Part shown: one piece after another, positions 1-13,130 of the stretch
Layout of the letters: every line of letters starts with the position of its first letter
Numbering within the stretch: position 1 is the first letter of the stretch
Origin: Chara braunii
Taxonomy: Eukaryota > Plantae > Charophyceae
Reading direction: 5' to 3'
NCBI GenBank assembly: GCA_003427395.1
Contig: BFEA01000001.1
Location: 7,851,917 to 7,915,916, forward strand
DNA length: 64,000 nucleotides
Made by a program: the position numbers and the translations under genes
Notes under the pieces: generated by a model
Seen by the model: the letters and a program-made list of their open reading frames with translations, nothing else
Told to the model about the DNA's origin: nothing
The model's database searches: none

Positions 1-8
1 AGAGAACG

Positions 9-14
<6 letters not shown>

Positions 15-86
<72 letters not shown>
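15..86. repeat. (GA)n microsatellite
   Basis: Direct reading. Others at ~2926-2997 (CT)n and 45170-45321 (GA)n. Confidence 0.95.
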
Positions 87-89
<3 letters not shown>

Positions 90-206
90 GGAGATCAGAT
101 TGGTCCGCAATGGCGGGAACGCTGATGGCAAGGCGGAGACGACCCCTCGACTTGTTAGCATGGACTCTTTGGCTTCCGTTACTCCTACTTACATCGGTGG
201 TTGAAG
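86..206 (+). CDS. Probable first coding exon of a host gene encoding a secreted/membrane protein (signal peptide)
   Basis: MGRSDWSAMAGTLMARRRRPLDLLAWTLWLPLLLLTSVVE(G) has a basic n-region, a Leu-rich h-region and a V-E-G cleavage-like end. It is followed directly by a strong donor GAAG|GTATGT at 207 (phase 1). No downstream exons were identified. Confidence 0.45.
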
Positions 207-757
207 GTATGTTGTCTGAATCCTCCGTTCGCCCCCTTGTCCCTCCCCTCCCTTCTCTCCTTCTCCTCTCCTCCTCTTCTTTTCTCTTCTTCCAACTTAC
301 CTTTCTAGTCTTTGGGCTTGCTGTATCATCTCGTCATCTTCTTTCTCCTTACGTCCAGCCGCCTCCCCCCCTCGTTTCTTTGTATTTTTCCTTTCCCTTT
401 CATTCTCTCCCTAATTGCGCAGCGGCGGCGTGCCAGCCTTGGGAGGCACAATGCCTAGACCCCACTCTTGACCCCTGTTTTAGCTTATTATACACCTACC
501 CATCGAAGCATAGCAAACCTACAATACACTAATAACCCAACTCCCCAACTCCCCAAGCTGTCACACTTGGGGGTCGACTGGTAACGGCTCATGGGGCCAA
601 TAGCAGCTCTCAGTACAACTCATCACGGTTTTAAGGGTTTAGGGTTTAAAGGGTTTAGGATTCGGCAGCAGGCTGTTCCCTCACCATAGCAATCTAACAC
701 CGTCATTAAGCACATCAGTCTTACACCATCATTGATCACATCAAGGGATCACATTAA

Positions 758-912
758 TCTTATCCATTATCTTATCCATTACCTTATCCAGTGTCTTATC
801 CATTACCTTATCCATTATCTTATCCATTATTGACCCCTTCAAGCTTATCGGAGCGTGCCTGCTCAGTGTTCGAGTCCGATACCTTATCCATTATCTTATC
901 CATTATTGACCC
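758..912. repeat. TTATCCATTA(T/C)C minisatellite
   Basis: Repeated ~12-bp units read directly. Confidence 0.8.
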
Positions 913-2922
913 CTTTACGCTTTTTAGCGCGTCAGATTATCGATCTCGAGTAAGAACTTAGCGCATCCGCTATAAGAGGGGACATCAGACGAGCGGCAAA
1001 TCATCTTGTGTGTGTGTGTGGGGGGGGTTAGTATTCACACTCCCTGACCACCGTCAAGCCGGGTACAGCCGTTCAGCTGCGGCACTAATCTTGCAAACTA
1101 CTGTAAGTGAAAATGGCGGATAAAGACACGTCAGGTCAGCATCTGCGTTCAGCTACCGTCTTCCCCCGAACATAACGCACCCTCATCACGACAGTATCGG
1201 ACCGGAAAGATAGCTTGAATGCATTCAGAATCAGCGTGCGTTGTGTTCGGTGAGAGACGGAAGCGATTAGCACGTGGGGTCACCACCATAGCAACTAACT
1301 GTCCAGAAGGAGTGAGTGTGTCTCTGTCTGAGCCGCCGACACGTCAGCTCTTGCAACTATGCCGTTTCCTCCTGCCTCAGCTATTCACCAGTGGAGCGGG
1401 ATGACTATGAGCGGAGAATCTTCGCTCCCATCTTTCCCTTTCTTTATTATTATTAGTTTTTTTTCAATCCGATATTTGCTCCGATTTGATCTCTCCTTTC
1501 CGGGCCAGCATTACTGTAGTGTGATTGCCATTGATTGATTGATTGATTGATCCAGGGCGAGGTCCCGCTTGCACGGATTAAGTGTGGAAGAACAGGCCGT
1601 CGGCTATCTACTGAGCCGTTGGAATGATTTTAGGAGCACAGCTTATTCCATTTGGCACTGTATATAATAATCGTGTTGTGTATTTTTGCGGCAACTCTGC
1701 GTAGATTGCCTGAACGCAGAAGAAGCGGCCTCTTATACGGTCGGTCGCTTTATCGAAAGAAAACGACCACATTGGTCGGCCCTTCGGCCGTCTTCTATCC
1801 AATGTGGTACTTCATGAGCTTGAGAAATTTGTCATGCGACCGAAGAGCATTGCCTATATATATATATATATTAATATGTACAATATGCGAAATAATATCA
1901 TACAGAAGAAGATTACAAAAAAGAGAAGACCACAAAAGAAATACGATTGAGGATTAGAAAAGACTTTACGGAACAATGTACAAAATAATACACGAAAGAA
2001 GATTATCGAAGAAGGATATACAAAAGAAGGATATGCAAAAAAAGAAGAAGAATATATAAAAAAAGAGGAATATACAAAAGAAGAACATACAGAAGAAGAG
2101 GATACACCGATACAAGAATGCGCAGAAGGCCAATCATCGTAATCCCAGACTGGTGGGGTCGCGCATTTGCATGCATTAACTAATTAACCGACGGGACCAG
2201 AACTGTTACGCGGCTTTTCCATCGTTCTGGAAATGGAAAATCAGTGGGCACTGGGTAGTGGGTACTGGGTAGTGGGTAGTGGTGGGTAGAAGGGAACAGA
2301 GATGAAACATGATCACATCAGTTCGACGAAGAAAAAAGGATTCGGAGCGAAATATACTAGTACACGCCAAAAAAAAAAAAAAGGTACTCCGTTCACTTCG
2401 GCAATCTCACGAAGATAATCACATCACAACACAACACAACGAGGTATCGGCCATCGAGGATCGATGCCGTTCGCCTGCCACTGAAAAACGCGCATGTTTG
2501 GCAGGATGTCAGGATGTCACCGCCTGCGCTTCCATCTTAGACCCACTGGTAACCACTCAGTGACACCAACTCAGCAGGACTTGCCCGCTGCACCATGCAC
2601 CGATAGCTTTGTCTTTGGGGAAAAAGTAACTGGAGGAAATGGAGTTATCAGGCATGTACACTCAGTCAGCAGGACTTAGCCGCTGGATCACGCACGGATA
2701 GCTTTGTGTTTGGGGAAAAAGCAACTGAACTGGAGGAAAAGAGATTACGTATGGTAAGTTCTGTGCGAGCTCCTTCTTTTTGCCCCCTAATTACTGGCTG
2801 GTAAGTGAAATTGTTACGTGAATGCAGTTATCAGGCATGTACACGCATATCTCACGGCTTTCGGCTTCCGCTTTCTTCTTCTTCCCGTCCGACGGGTTTC
2901 TGCTAAAGGACGGCTGACAATC

Positions 2923-3002
<80 letters not shown>

Positions 3003-3615
3003 CTCGGGTAGACCTCCAGCAGCCTCCTCCTTTATCCGCCAGCCCAGCGGCACTTCCTCTCATCATCAACTCAGTGCAAACGAGCGAAGTGTCAGATGGT
3101 AGTAGTGGCCCGATACCCCAGTTTCTTAATGATTTCATAGCTAAATCATTTTTACGTATGGGTATGAAGTTTCTTTGAAAACTTTCGACAAAGGTGGTCT
3201 TTCCATTTTGGGTCCCTATGGAATGGAATTTCATTTCCACCACATTTACAAAATGCAAGGCTAGGAGCGGTTCTTTGGGGGGTGGGGTTCTAGCAAGCGC
3301 GATGCTCTTTCTTTTTTTTTTTCATTGGAAGAAATCCCTTCCTTCCTCACCTTCCTTTTGCCATCCACCTTTTAAGTTTTTCAGTCTAACTTTTATCTTT
3401 ATCTTTGTCTTAGTTATTTAAAAATTAAAATAAAGGAGCGCGATGCTTTCAGTTTTTTTTTAATCTATGGGACAAATTACAAGTAGTACATAATAACAAT
3501 TGTGTAACACTATATTGCGTCTTTCTTCCCGACTCTCAAGGGCCTGCGACCCATCAATGACGCGTGCATGCATCTGACTGCAGGAGCGAGGTAGCACTAG
3601 CAAACAGGAGTAGAT

Positions 3616-3720
3616 TGAACGCCTGAATCTGGACGTGTTTGTGGAGAGGTGCAGAAAATCGCGACTGATTTGCTTTTCTGCATCTCTGCATAAGAAAACA
3701 CATCCAGATTCAGGCGCTCA
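3616..3720. repeat. ~105-bp fold-back (MITE-like or hairpin RNA)
   Basis: TGAACGCCTGAATCTGGACGTGTTT pairs with AAACACATCCAGATTCAGGCGCTCA, with an inner GAGAGGTGCAGAAAA/TTTTCTGCATCTCT stem. Confidence 0.75.
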
Positions 3721-3997
3721 TTCCAGTCCGCGTTGCGTGTGGATCCTCGCCCCACGTGTGTAGTAGCTGCTTGTCATCTCGCTCGATCGTACATTTTTTG
3801 CTAATTCAAAGGCCGTTTTTTTTTTTCGCACTTTAGTATTATTTATTTATTTACATATATATATATGTACGCAAGAGGTTCTGAACAGGGGGAGTTGTAA
3901 GGAAGAAGATAAAAAAAACGAATTCAGTTTTTCTTGTTTATCTTGTTTTGTTTTTGTTTTTCGCTTTGGCGCTCTGATATCATGTGACAATATATAT

Positions 3998-4038
3998 AGG
4001 GTTCAGCCTCCTGATGAGTCTGTGAAACTCCGACGAAA
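3998..4038 (+). ncRNA. Degenerate type III hammerhead ribozyme (same family as 47515-47726)
   Basis: AGGGT-TCA-GCCTC-CTGATGA-GTCTG-TGAAACT-CCGAC-GAAA. The GUC cleavage triplet and stem III are lost. Confidence 0.7.
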
Positions 4039-4644
4039 AAAAATTTCACATCCCCTCCCTCGTTTGTTGTCCTCTTCTCCCTCCCTCTCTGCATACGGTT
4101 TACCGGGCAGCTCTGTTTGACGATTCTGTTTGAGGATATATATATAATATATATATACTGGTTTGTTGTCCTCGTCTCCCTCTCTGCCTACGGTTTACCG
4201 GGCAGTTCTGTTTGACGATATATATAGTATTATATATACTATATACAAAACCAAGGTCTGTGTAGAAAGGGCATTTTGGCGGGAATTGGCGCACATTGTG
4301 GATTGGGTCTGTGGTAGAAGGGCATTTTGGCGGGAATTGACCCACAATGCGGATCGACTCCCACAGTTATTAACTTTTTCAAACCGAAACAGACAGGTTT
4401 CACACATTTTCTTTTTTTTTTGTGGGTGAAAATACGCCCATTTTCTGTCTCCTTGCGAAAAACTAGTTGTTGGGGAAAAAAAAAAAAAAAAGTTGTCAAA
4501 AACACGTTTCACTTCTAAATTTCAATCCAAAAATCTTTGTTCTATTCCCATCTCGGAGTTCGGTTTTGCTATGCACTCGGCATCTTCCGCCCTCTCTTGT
4601 TCCCAGATTCGTCTCCCTGCTTGCCTGCCTGCCTGCCTGCCTGC

Positions 4645-4870
4645 CTGCCTTATCAGAACCCCTCGTTGCCTTATCCAATCCTCTGTTTGCCTTATCCAAT
4701 CCCCCGCTCCTTGCCGTGTCCAATCCGCTGTTTGCCTTATCTCAAATGATGATTGCCTTATCCATTCCGCTCTTTGTCATATCCAACCCGCTTTTTGCCT
4801 TATCTGAAACGTTGATCGCCTTACCGAGAGCGCTGGTGGCCATATCAGAAACTCTCGTTGCTATATTTAG
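4645..4870. repeat. ~21-bp minisatellite (GCCTTATCCAATCCGCTGTTT-like)
   Basis: Repeated units give the periodic ALSNPLF translation. Confidence 0.8.
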
Positions 4871-5429
4871 AACCACTCGCTGCGGCAATCCATGTGCCTC
4901 TGGAACCAAGGCCTCGTAATTGATTTTGTTTTCTCTCTTCTCTCTTCTCTCTCCTCTTGTGTCTTGTGTCTTGTATCTTGTGTCTTGTGTCCCGTGTCTT
5001 GTCTCTTGTCTCTTGTCTCTTGTCCTCTTGTCCTCGTCCTCTTGTCTCTTCGCCAGTAGCAGGTCGTGCTCAATCTCTCCCCTCTCCCCGCTCCTCCACG
5101 TTAAGGTCTTCGCCCACCACCTGTTGGAGTTGTTTCCTTACAGATCATTCATCCACACGGCCATCAACGATTCCCACATTTTTGCCGCCCACGCACTCTT
5201 GTGCACAGGTGGTTTCCTCTGCCGAAACTGAAGCTGAAGCTGCTGGGAGGAGCACTAATCAGTCGTTGAAGCAGCAGATGCTCTCTCCTCTGTCAGAATC
5301 CCTTCTGACCGCAGTGCTCACTCTCCTGCCTGCGCACCTGAACCCAACACTTGTCTTCGCGAATCCTTTGCCCCCTCTGCAGTGTGTACCCCTTCACCAT
5401 CGCTCCCCACCCGCAACCTACACCAGCAT

Positions 5430-5930
5430 CCTTCGCATACCTCGTGGTAACCCCATGGTTGCCTGCAGAACTGGTAACCCCACTGTTGGTGACTTGGTTA
5501 CCTGCATACCTGGTAACCCCACCCAATGGTGGGTTATGGGTTATCTGCATATTACCTGGTAACCCCATGCCATGGTAGGTTACCTGCATACCTGGTAACA
5601 CCCACGGGGTTACCTGCATACCTGGTCACCCCATGGTTGGTGTCCTGCATGCCTGGTACCCCATGCTGCTATCTGCATACCTGGTAACCCCATAAGTTAC
5701 CTGCATAACTGGTAACCCCATGGTTACCTGCGGACGTAGTAACCCCATGGTTGCCTGCATAACTGGTAAGTTGTGGTAACCCCAGGGTTACCTGCCTGGT
5801 ATCTCCGTGGGGTTACCAGGAGGGGGTTACCTGCATTCCTGGTAACCCTATGGTTGGTGTCCTGCATGCCTGGTAACCCCATAGATTTACCTGCATAACT
5901 CGTAACCCCAGGGTTACCTGCATGCCTGGA
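5430..5930. repeat. ~30-bp minisatellite (CCTGCATACCTGGTAACCCCATGGTT-like)
   Basis: More than 12 diverged copies with GGTAACC/GGTTACC cores. Confidence 0.85.
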
Positions 5931-8676
5931 AGGCAATCATTGTACTACGAAAAGGAGGCGGCTTTGCTGCATGGGACCACCACACCTCGAGGCGGGTGAC
6001 CAATGCTTCTCAAGTCGAGACCACTGACCATTAGCTTCACGGACTTAGGCATGTTGTTCATATCTCTGGATGTTACTTGGCCATGATTCATGAGCCCGAT
6101 TGCTGGGACTGGTCGGATGATCGATCATGTTGCAGTCCGGGCTGTACGTCCCGTAACTTATGTTGAGGGTATCGTCTGTGCACAGCGGATCCAGTGACAC
6201 AGTTTCATTCCTCCCGTTTCTCCTACGCAGTGTACTGCATCATGGATCATATGCCCACTCCCTGTTCTGGAACAGAGAACTGGGAAAGCACTCTGTGGCC
6301 AGACGGCCAGATGTAGTGGATCTGTGTTTGCAGAATGTATTGTCGATTTCGAGCAGGTTCTGCTCTTTTTGCCACCATCAAGGTCAGAGGCATCATCTAT
6401 TCACCCTTGATATGTATACCTGTTGCATCTTGAAATTCGCTGTAGTTATAGCTCTCTCGGTTCATCTTCCCCCTGCACCTCTCCTCTGAATTGACCGTAA
6501 AACCATCACACTGTGGAATCCCCTCGCTACTGGGCTCTCCTCTCACACCTCTAGGCATCACCTGCTGCTGCTCGCCCATCCACTTCAATGCTTTGTCCCG
6601 ACCATTTCCACACTCCAAGACTGCACGCGTGGTAACACAGAAACGTGCGGTTCTACCACTGAATAAATGCACACCTTCCGCTTCAGACAGAGTGAGTATG
6701 GGTGTTGCTGTATGTGTTGCTGGAGAGGACACCTCCAGTTGCGATATTAGACTTGCAAAGAACCTTCCGAATTCGCTCACCGATTGCTCACCACATGTCC
6801 AGGCATGGAGCACCCACTGTCTGTCTTCACGTGAATAGAACGACCGGTCGTTATAATCGTATTTGGTGCAGCTGTCAGTCTAGATACAGCGATAATGACC
6901 GGGCTTTCCATTCAGCGGCATATCCCAGGTACTCACCTCTCTCTCTAAGTCTAAAAAGCCTACTTCTAAACTGGTATGCCACGAACCCTCGCAAACCTCA
7001 CAGGAACACCAGTTCTAGCTCCTTGACGAGATCAAGCCGACACGCACTACCAGGTCATTGCTCACATGTCATGCAGCTTCCAAACCCCCCCCTTCTTGCT
7101 TGTTTCTGCTTGTGATAGACAGGTGACTCCCCGTGGCCCTCGGTTTGTCTCGTGTATCGATAAACTCCATTCCTAGTTTTGGGGCATGCGTATCAACCAT
7201 GTTGCCACTGTTCTGTTGAGCAAGGTGGCAATCGTTTGGACTTCTGAAGACTCTGATGACAAATGGTCTTTTGACAGTTTCTGCTTCCTTTGTACAGTTC
7301 CCGGTTTCAAGCAGTTTTCCTTCATTCTGTTGTTGTTGCTGCTGCTGCTGTTGTTTTCATTCACAGGAGCGTGCTCACTTTTTCCTAGTTTCTGGTGTGA
7401 CGTTTTATTGTGTTATTAAGGAGTGGGCAAGCATACGCTTTGTTTTGTTAGACATTTTCCTGCTCGAACCACAAAGCGAATGCTAGATCTTTATGCAGTG
7501 CATTTTTTCCAATGCTTTCATTCAATCCATTGGAAACCTTGCACATCACAAAGATCTAGCATTCACTATTAGTTTCCCCTTTCGTGTTTTCCTTTTGATG
7601 CATGGGCCCTTAGGAGGGCCCTTAGGACCCTCACAGTGTGCCTAACAAATGGTTCACCGGCTGCACCAGGGATCACAAAACCTTCATATGATGATATGAG
7701 ACTATTGAGTTGCGTTGAGGCCATGGGCACTATTCTTGAGCCCCATTGTCTTCATTTAGGCACAATTTTCTGGGGCAGAGCTCCTCCTCCTGTGGCCCAC
7801 TGCCTTCCTTTTGCCCTTCCAGGGCATGGTTGAATGAATGATCACATCATACTTGTTGCCGAGTTGGTCATCGGCTTTGCTCCTTCGTTCTTCCATCCTC
7901 CATTCCCTCCCTTTTCTGTCGCCTGTTCTGTTTCTCTTTTGACCTCGGACACTCGCTCGGAGAGTCGGAGATATTTCACTGGGGACTGCAGAAGACTTTT
8001 GCCAGACACCCGGAGATTCGTTCATTCATTGTCAATTGGTTCGTTTTGCCTGTTTGTAGCTGGTGTTAGCGATCACGATACTCTGTGCATGATCAGGCTA
8101 GTTGTCATTGCCAGCCAGCCTAAATCTGGTTGGAAGACGCTGCTCTGTTTGAAGATTTCTGACGCTTTTGCATTTGTTCAATGTTGCAGGTCGAGCTGAG
8201 TGCCTGAGTGGGACCCTTTTGCATTTGCCGGCACCACCCTGATTGCCATTTGTCGCCATCATCGCCATCATTTCGTCCATAAGTGCAGACATCAGAAGGA
8301 TCATTGCCACCATTACCACAGTTGTCGCTTTCATTTCCGTCAGTGCAGACGACTTGAGCATTATCGCCACAACTGAGAGTACCATTGTCATCGTCATCAT
8401 CGCCGGTGATGGTTCTCTTATCTGTCTGTGACAGGCCCTTGTCCACACGGTGCATGCTCTTGTTGCACGTGTGAGGCAGTGCCTTTTGACCTTAGATCTC
8501 TTCAGATCAGCTCATCTAATGTTGTCGGACGCCGGACGGTGCCTGCCCGCTCGTCCAATGTTGTTGGATGGTGCCCACATGCTGCTTCATTGCAATCATA
8601 GGAAAGTGTTGCTGTAGAGGAAGACGATATTGATGCTGCTTCTCTTTGCGAGAGTTACCTGCATAGGGCCCTTCAA

Positions 8677-8834
8677 ACCACTAGTACACGGCCCCAGCCT
8701 TGCGGAAACAAAACTCGTTGCCCATCCGAAAAAAGTCGGGCTGGGGCCGCCATCGATAAATTCAATTGGCGGCCTTTGTCATGTTTCGGCCTCTGGAAGC
8801 AGCCCGCGGCCAATGTATGGCGTGTACTGGTGGT
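8677..8834. mobile_element. ~155-bp MITE with TTAA-like flanks, copy 1
   Basis: Termini ACCACTAGTACA...TGTACTGGTGGT, flanks TCAA/TTAA. It is an inverted homologue of 11293-11447. Confidence 0.65.
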
Positions 8835-11292
8835 TTAAGTTTCCAGTTATCAGAATGCCCAATTCAGAACGTCCCGGGACAGATAATGCACCCGTCCGTG
8901 TACTCGTCAGGTACATATTCTCGCAGGGCGTTCTGGCTATTTCAAAATCACTGGGACCTGTGTTAGGTAGCGCTCCTTCCATGTTTTGATTTTTTTTAAA
9001 TTTTTGATTTAACATCACCCGGCTGTGCTACAAGGGGTGGTAAGAGCATCCTCCCGTAGCACTAGCCCGCTGATGGCTCCTGAGTCCTGTCTATTGGTGG
9101 GGAGCTGCACCTGCTGGAAACCGGGTCCGGAGTCCCAGATACATAGGACAATCAGACACAGACCGGGGCCATTACCCGGCTTTGCCTCAGGATGAACTTC
9201 TCATGTACTTAGGATAGGCAGTCCTCCCTCCCAACCACAATCCAACTGCCTCTTCAGCTCCCAAGGAGCCGCCAGTTTGAAAGCATTCCAACAAGCAGTC
9301 ACTTTCCCCTTTCACTCCCCCCAAATCCACTGAAGGTTCACCAAGGAGAGAGGGTGTGGGGGGAAGGAGCCCACTTTCGGGAAAAAAAAGAAGTCTTTCC
9401 CTATCCAGGGGCCAGTTTCTGCAGGATCAGGCCTTACTCTTTCTTGTTTGTCACCTCCCCCAGGAGCCAGTTTGTTGCAGCACTCATCCTTGCCGTTTTC
9501 TCTGCCTGGTCCCCGTTCTCCCTCCTTTTCCCTGTGCTGCCTCCTACCTGCCTGCTCCCTCCTCCCCAGATCGACGTGGTGATTGCTAATACCTGCTGCT
9601 TTGCCTCCTCCATGTCAACAGCAGGTGGCTTACCGTCACCCTCCACTGCCGTTGTCTGCATAACTTTCCTGTTTGTGGGATAGTTTCTCCCATTTTCTCA
9701 ATTTTGACCAAGTGCCAAAGTGTGTGCGACAAATGATATCCGATCCTGGGAAGGACATTCCGTCACATCGTTCACACAACATCAAGCCGGAGTTGTGTGA
9801 TGGTGGCAATGCTTCTTCTTCAGACATGCAGCAGGGAAGTAGCATGATGTCCAGGTTCCAGTTCTTACTCACAACTTCTCGAGGGTGTACATGACAATGT
9901 CTACCTAGAAAGCATCCATCGTGTACCGACTGCGGACCTCAGTGGCTGACGTACAGTGGGGCCGGAAGAAAAGAGTCGAGCGGCAGGGAGATTAGGAAGT
10001 CAGCAGGAAGAAAAGGATGCAAATTTCCATCCTTTGCTGTTATCTGCCTAGAGGTTACTGTTTTCCCGCCCAATTAGCTCGTATCTCCCCCATCACAGGG
10101 TTTTAGTACTTAATACCCTCATTTGCTCCTCGCAAGGCTGAGGGCTGAAGGATGGCCTCCTTGGGGTATTTCTTTTGTAGATTTCGACTGGGAGTTGATG
10201 TTGACCGCCTGATTGTGACCATCAGATTTCCCAACAAAGACATAGGCATAGCCCAGTTGGGGCATCCTCCCATTCCAATGGGGCCTGCAATAGGAGAAGG
10301 CATGCCCCACTGCAATGGCTATCTGTGGAGGGCCATTTTAGGTTCCCTGGTTTTGGTTTGCAGAACATTTAGGACAGTGGAAGGGAGAATAGGTGGGGTT
10401 GGCACTTGGTAGCATATGGGAACCTGCAGACCTCCAAGTCTCACATGGTTGAAGACGCGTGCTTACTCCCTTGACTGTCGAGTGCCGTGCACCCTTGATT
10501 CTCAGGCAGAACACTATGCACATTGGTGAAGTACCTTTCCCTCCAGCCTGGAACTCAGGGCTCATAATATGACCTCCTGATAATCTCCGTGGTCTACCTT
10601 AAGCCTGAGGATGTCCAACTGCATGCTGCGCCAAAAATCTCAGGAACGCCCCTCGGTCACAGATTATGGTGGACTGAATGAAAACCACCTCTCACGTAAG
10701 GGTAAGCCCTTGACACCATGTACAGCATCGGAAACCTCGCTCGTATTGAGCTTCCGGTGTTCGTTCTGCTCCATGTTTCAAGTTCTGCACCAATGGCAAA
10801 CCCTTGGCCTGGTCATCTGGATCTGTGTGCAAGAAACCCCATTCTTGAAGGGTAATGTGCTCTGGAGACGAGCCATAGGCCTATGGAGGCCAGTGGCTTG
10901 GAGTTTGTTGTGTTGTTAATCTGAAAACCTCACGCCCAAGTTCGGCCAGCACATGCTAGGCGAGTTTCACATGAAACTGGTCAGTAAAACTGTCAAATTC
11001 CTGAACAGTTGGCACAGACAGAGGAGACGAGCCTGCCCATTAAACCAGCAGTACCCTCTTTTCCCAAACTAACATGCGGCTGGCTGCAGGCTCGGTCCAA
11101 CAGGTCTTTTTTCAGCAGTACCCTCTTTTCCGTAGATATCAGGAAAAAATATCTGCAGTACTCAAAAATTTTGTTTGTACGGGCACTGCGGCCGCTTCAG
11201 GGCTTCTTACTGTAGGTATCTGCGGCCTCTGTGTACCCAGGAGCTTCCCCCTCCCCTCCCCTTCCCAGCAAGACAGGAAACTGGTGATTTAA

Positions 11293-11447
11293 ACCACCAG
11301 TACATGCTACACATCGGCCGCCGGCCTCGTTCGGAGGCCGAAACATGACGACAGTGGCTGATATTTTATCGACGGCGCGCCGGCTCCGACTTTTTCGGAG
11401 TAGGTGACGAACAATTCTCCACAAGGCTGGGGCCATGAACTAGCGGT
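11293..11447. mobile_element. ~155-bp MITE with TTAA TSD, copy 2 (piggyBac/Kolobok-type target)
   Basis: TTAA|ACCACCAGTAC...GAACTAGCGGT|TTAA. Confidence 0.7.
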
Positions 11448-13130
11448 TTAAGACTCGGAACTCATCAACACCTCTCTCAACCAGGTGCATTAGAGGGCAA
11501 AGTGTGCGTGAGCAGACGGGTGAGACATAAGCAAGGGACTGTAACAGCCCCAAGCGACGTGGTCTCCACGTTGACAACAGAAGTTTGCTAGCGAGGGTCG
11601 GTCATGTGTGGTTGCTGATGTTGCATCAGGTGGCTGTGACATGCTATCAGGATGTTGGTTAGGATGTTGGTTATGTTCTTTATATTCTGTGTAGAGGGTG
11701 GGTTTCTCCCCAATTTTGCCAGAGGACCTTGCCACATTACCGATGAGAAGGAAAAAGAGCAAGTGCTGCTTCCCACAGAAGGTGGCCAAATACATCCAGT
11801 ACTATTTAGAGTAACACGAGTATCTGGCCAACTTCTGTGGAAAGATGCATTCACATTCATTTTGTTTCGTGAGTAGTGCGGCAAGGCCCGGAAACCCTGG
11901 CTGGTGGTGTGCTTGCTGATGGTTGCGTCAGGTGCCTATATCATGCCATCTTGAGCCCATTTCCGTTGATTATATTTTCTGCAACAGGGTGAACTTCCCC
12001 ACACTTATCCCTTCAATGCCCACCGACCATTGCTACCTCTTCGCCCGAATAGAGCGCCTGGTCATTATCCCTGCATCTGGACTGAAAGTTGCCCCAAATA
12101 CGGCTGTAATGACCAGGTGAAGAGCCTAGTGCTTGGTGGGGAAGGGAAGGTTGTTAGCAGCAGGATCACTAGGAGATTGGCAGTGGTGCTTCACAGGACA
12201 AGCCAGAATAGATGTCAAGGAAGGTGCAAAAGCTGCAGGAGCAAGTAACTTGAGAACTATGGGTGCAAGAAAAAGCATAAAATATGGCACTGCTCACATG
12301 TGATAAGCCCGTAAATTAGCTGCAGTCAAGACAATCCACCAAATTGGCAGTAACTTGAGAACCTGTAGTAAAAGTGATTTTCCATTTGCTTGGGAAATCT
12401 TACCATCCACCAAATTGGCAGCAGCTGTAAGTACCTAAGGTAATTGCATGATCAATCACAATCACATGTACCTGTTTGTTGCCGTTATGCCTTTCCAGAG
12501 TCCACTTGTCGAGGTTATACATTGTTCCAACTTTCATATGGGACGCTGGGCCCAGTTCCCAGCACGTGCTGCTCCCCACGAATAGACTGGAGCAATTGTT
12601 AAAAAAGAAAAAAGGAAAAGTTTTTATACATTGTTCCTGTTGCGCTAGCTCCATTAATAAACGTATATGATATTTTTGGCTGCTCATTCAAATGTTTTGG
12701 TGGACAGCGTTACCTAGACACCGTCCTATCTCCAGGTAGTGTGGTTCGCCAGGTGGTGTGGCCTACTCGTGATTATATTTTGCCCTGTCTGCTCAGCATC
12801 ACAAACAATAGATCATTGAGTGCATGCAAGGGTGTGTGTCTGGCTTTTGCGGTGCATCCACACTAGGTAACTGGTTGTTACCTAGGTTGATTTTCTGGGC
12901 ACCCAGGAACGAATGTCGTGCCCACGGTCACGCAGGAACCCCCGGGCAGGGTCCCAAGCAGCCCCAGCGCAAAATTAAAGAACTTTTAGAAAAACCTAAA
13001 AATTATGGGGGGAAAAAATGTTGTGAAAAATTTAAATGCAAACAACTTTTGGCTGAGGGTTACCTTTGAGGTCACATTGCAAAGCCACTTGAGGCATTCA
13101 TGCATTCGTAAACATAGATACACCTTCAAT

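Noticed and set aside
626-660. Telomeric TTTAGGG repeats
   Set aside because: Only 2-3 imperfect units, telo-box-like at most.
11322-11350. Hammerhead half GGCCTC-GTTCG-GAGGCC-GAAA-CATG in the TTAA MITE
   Set aside because: No CUGANGA upstream and no UH cleavage site in either copy.
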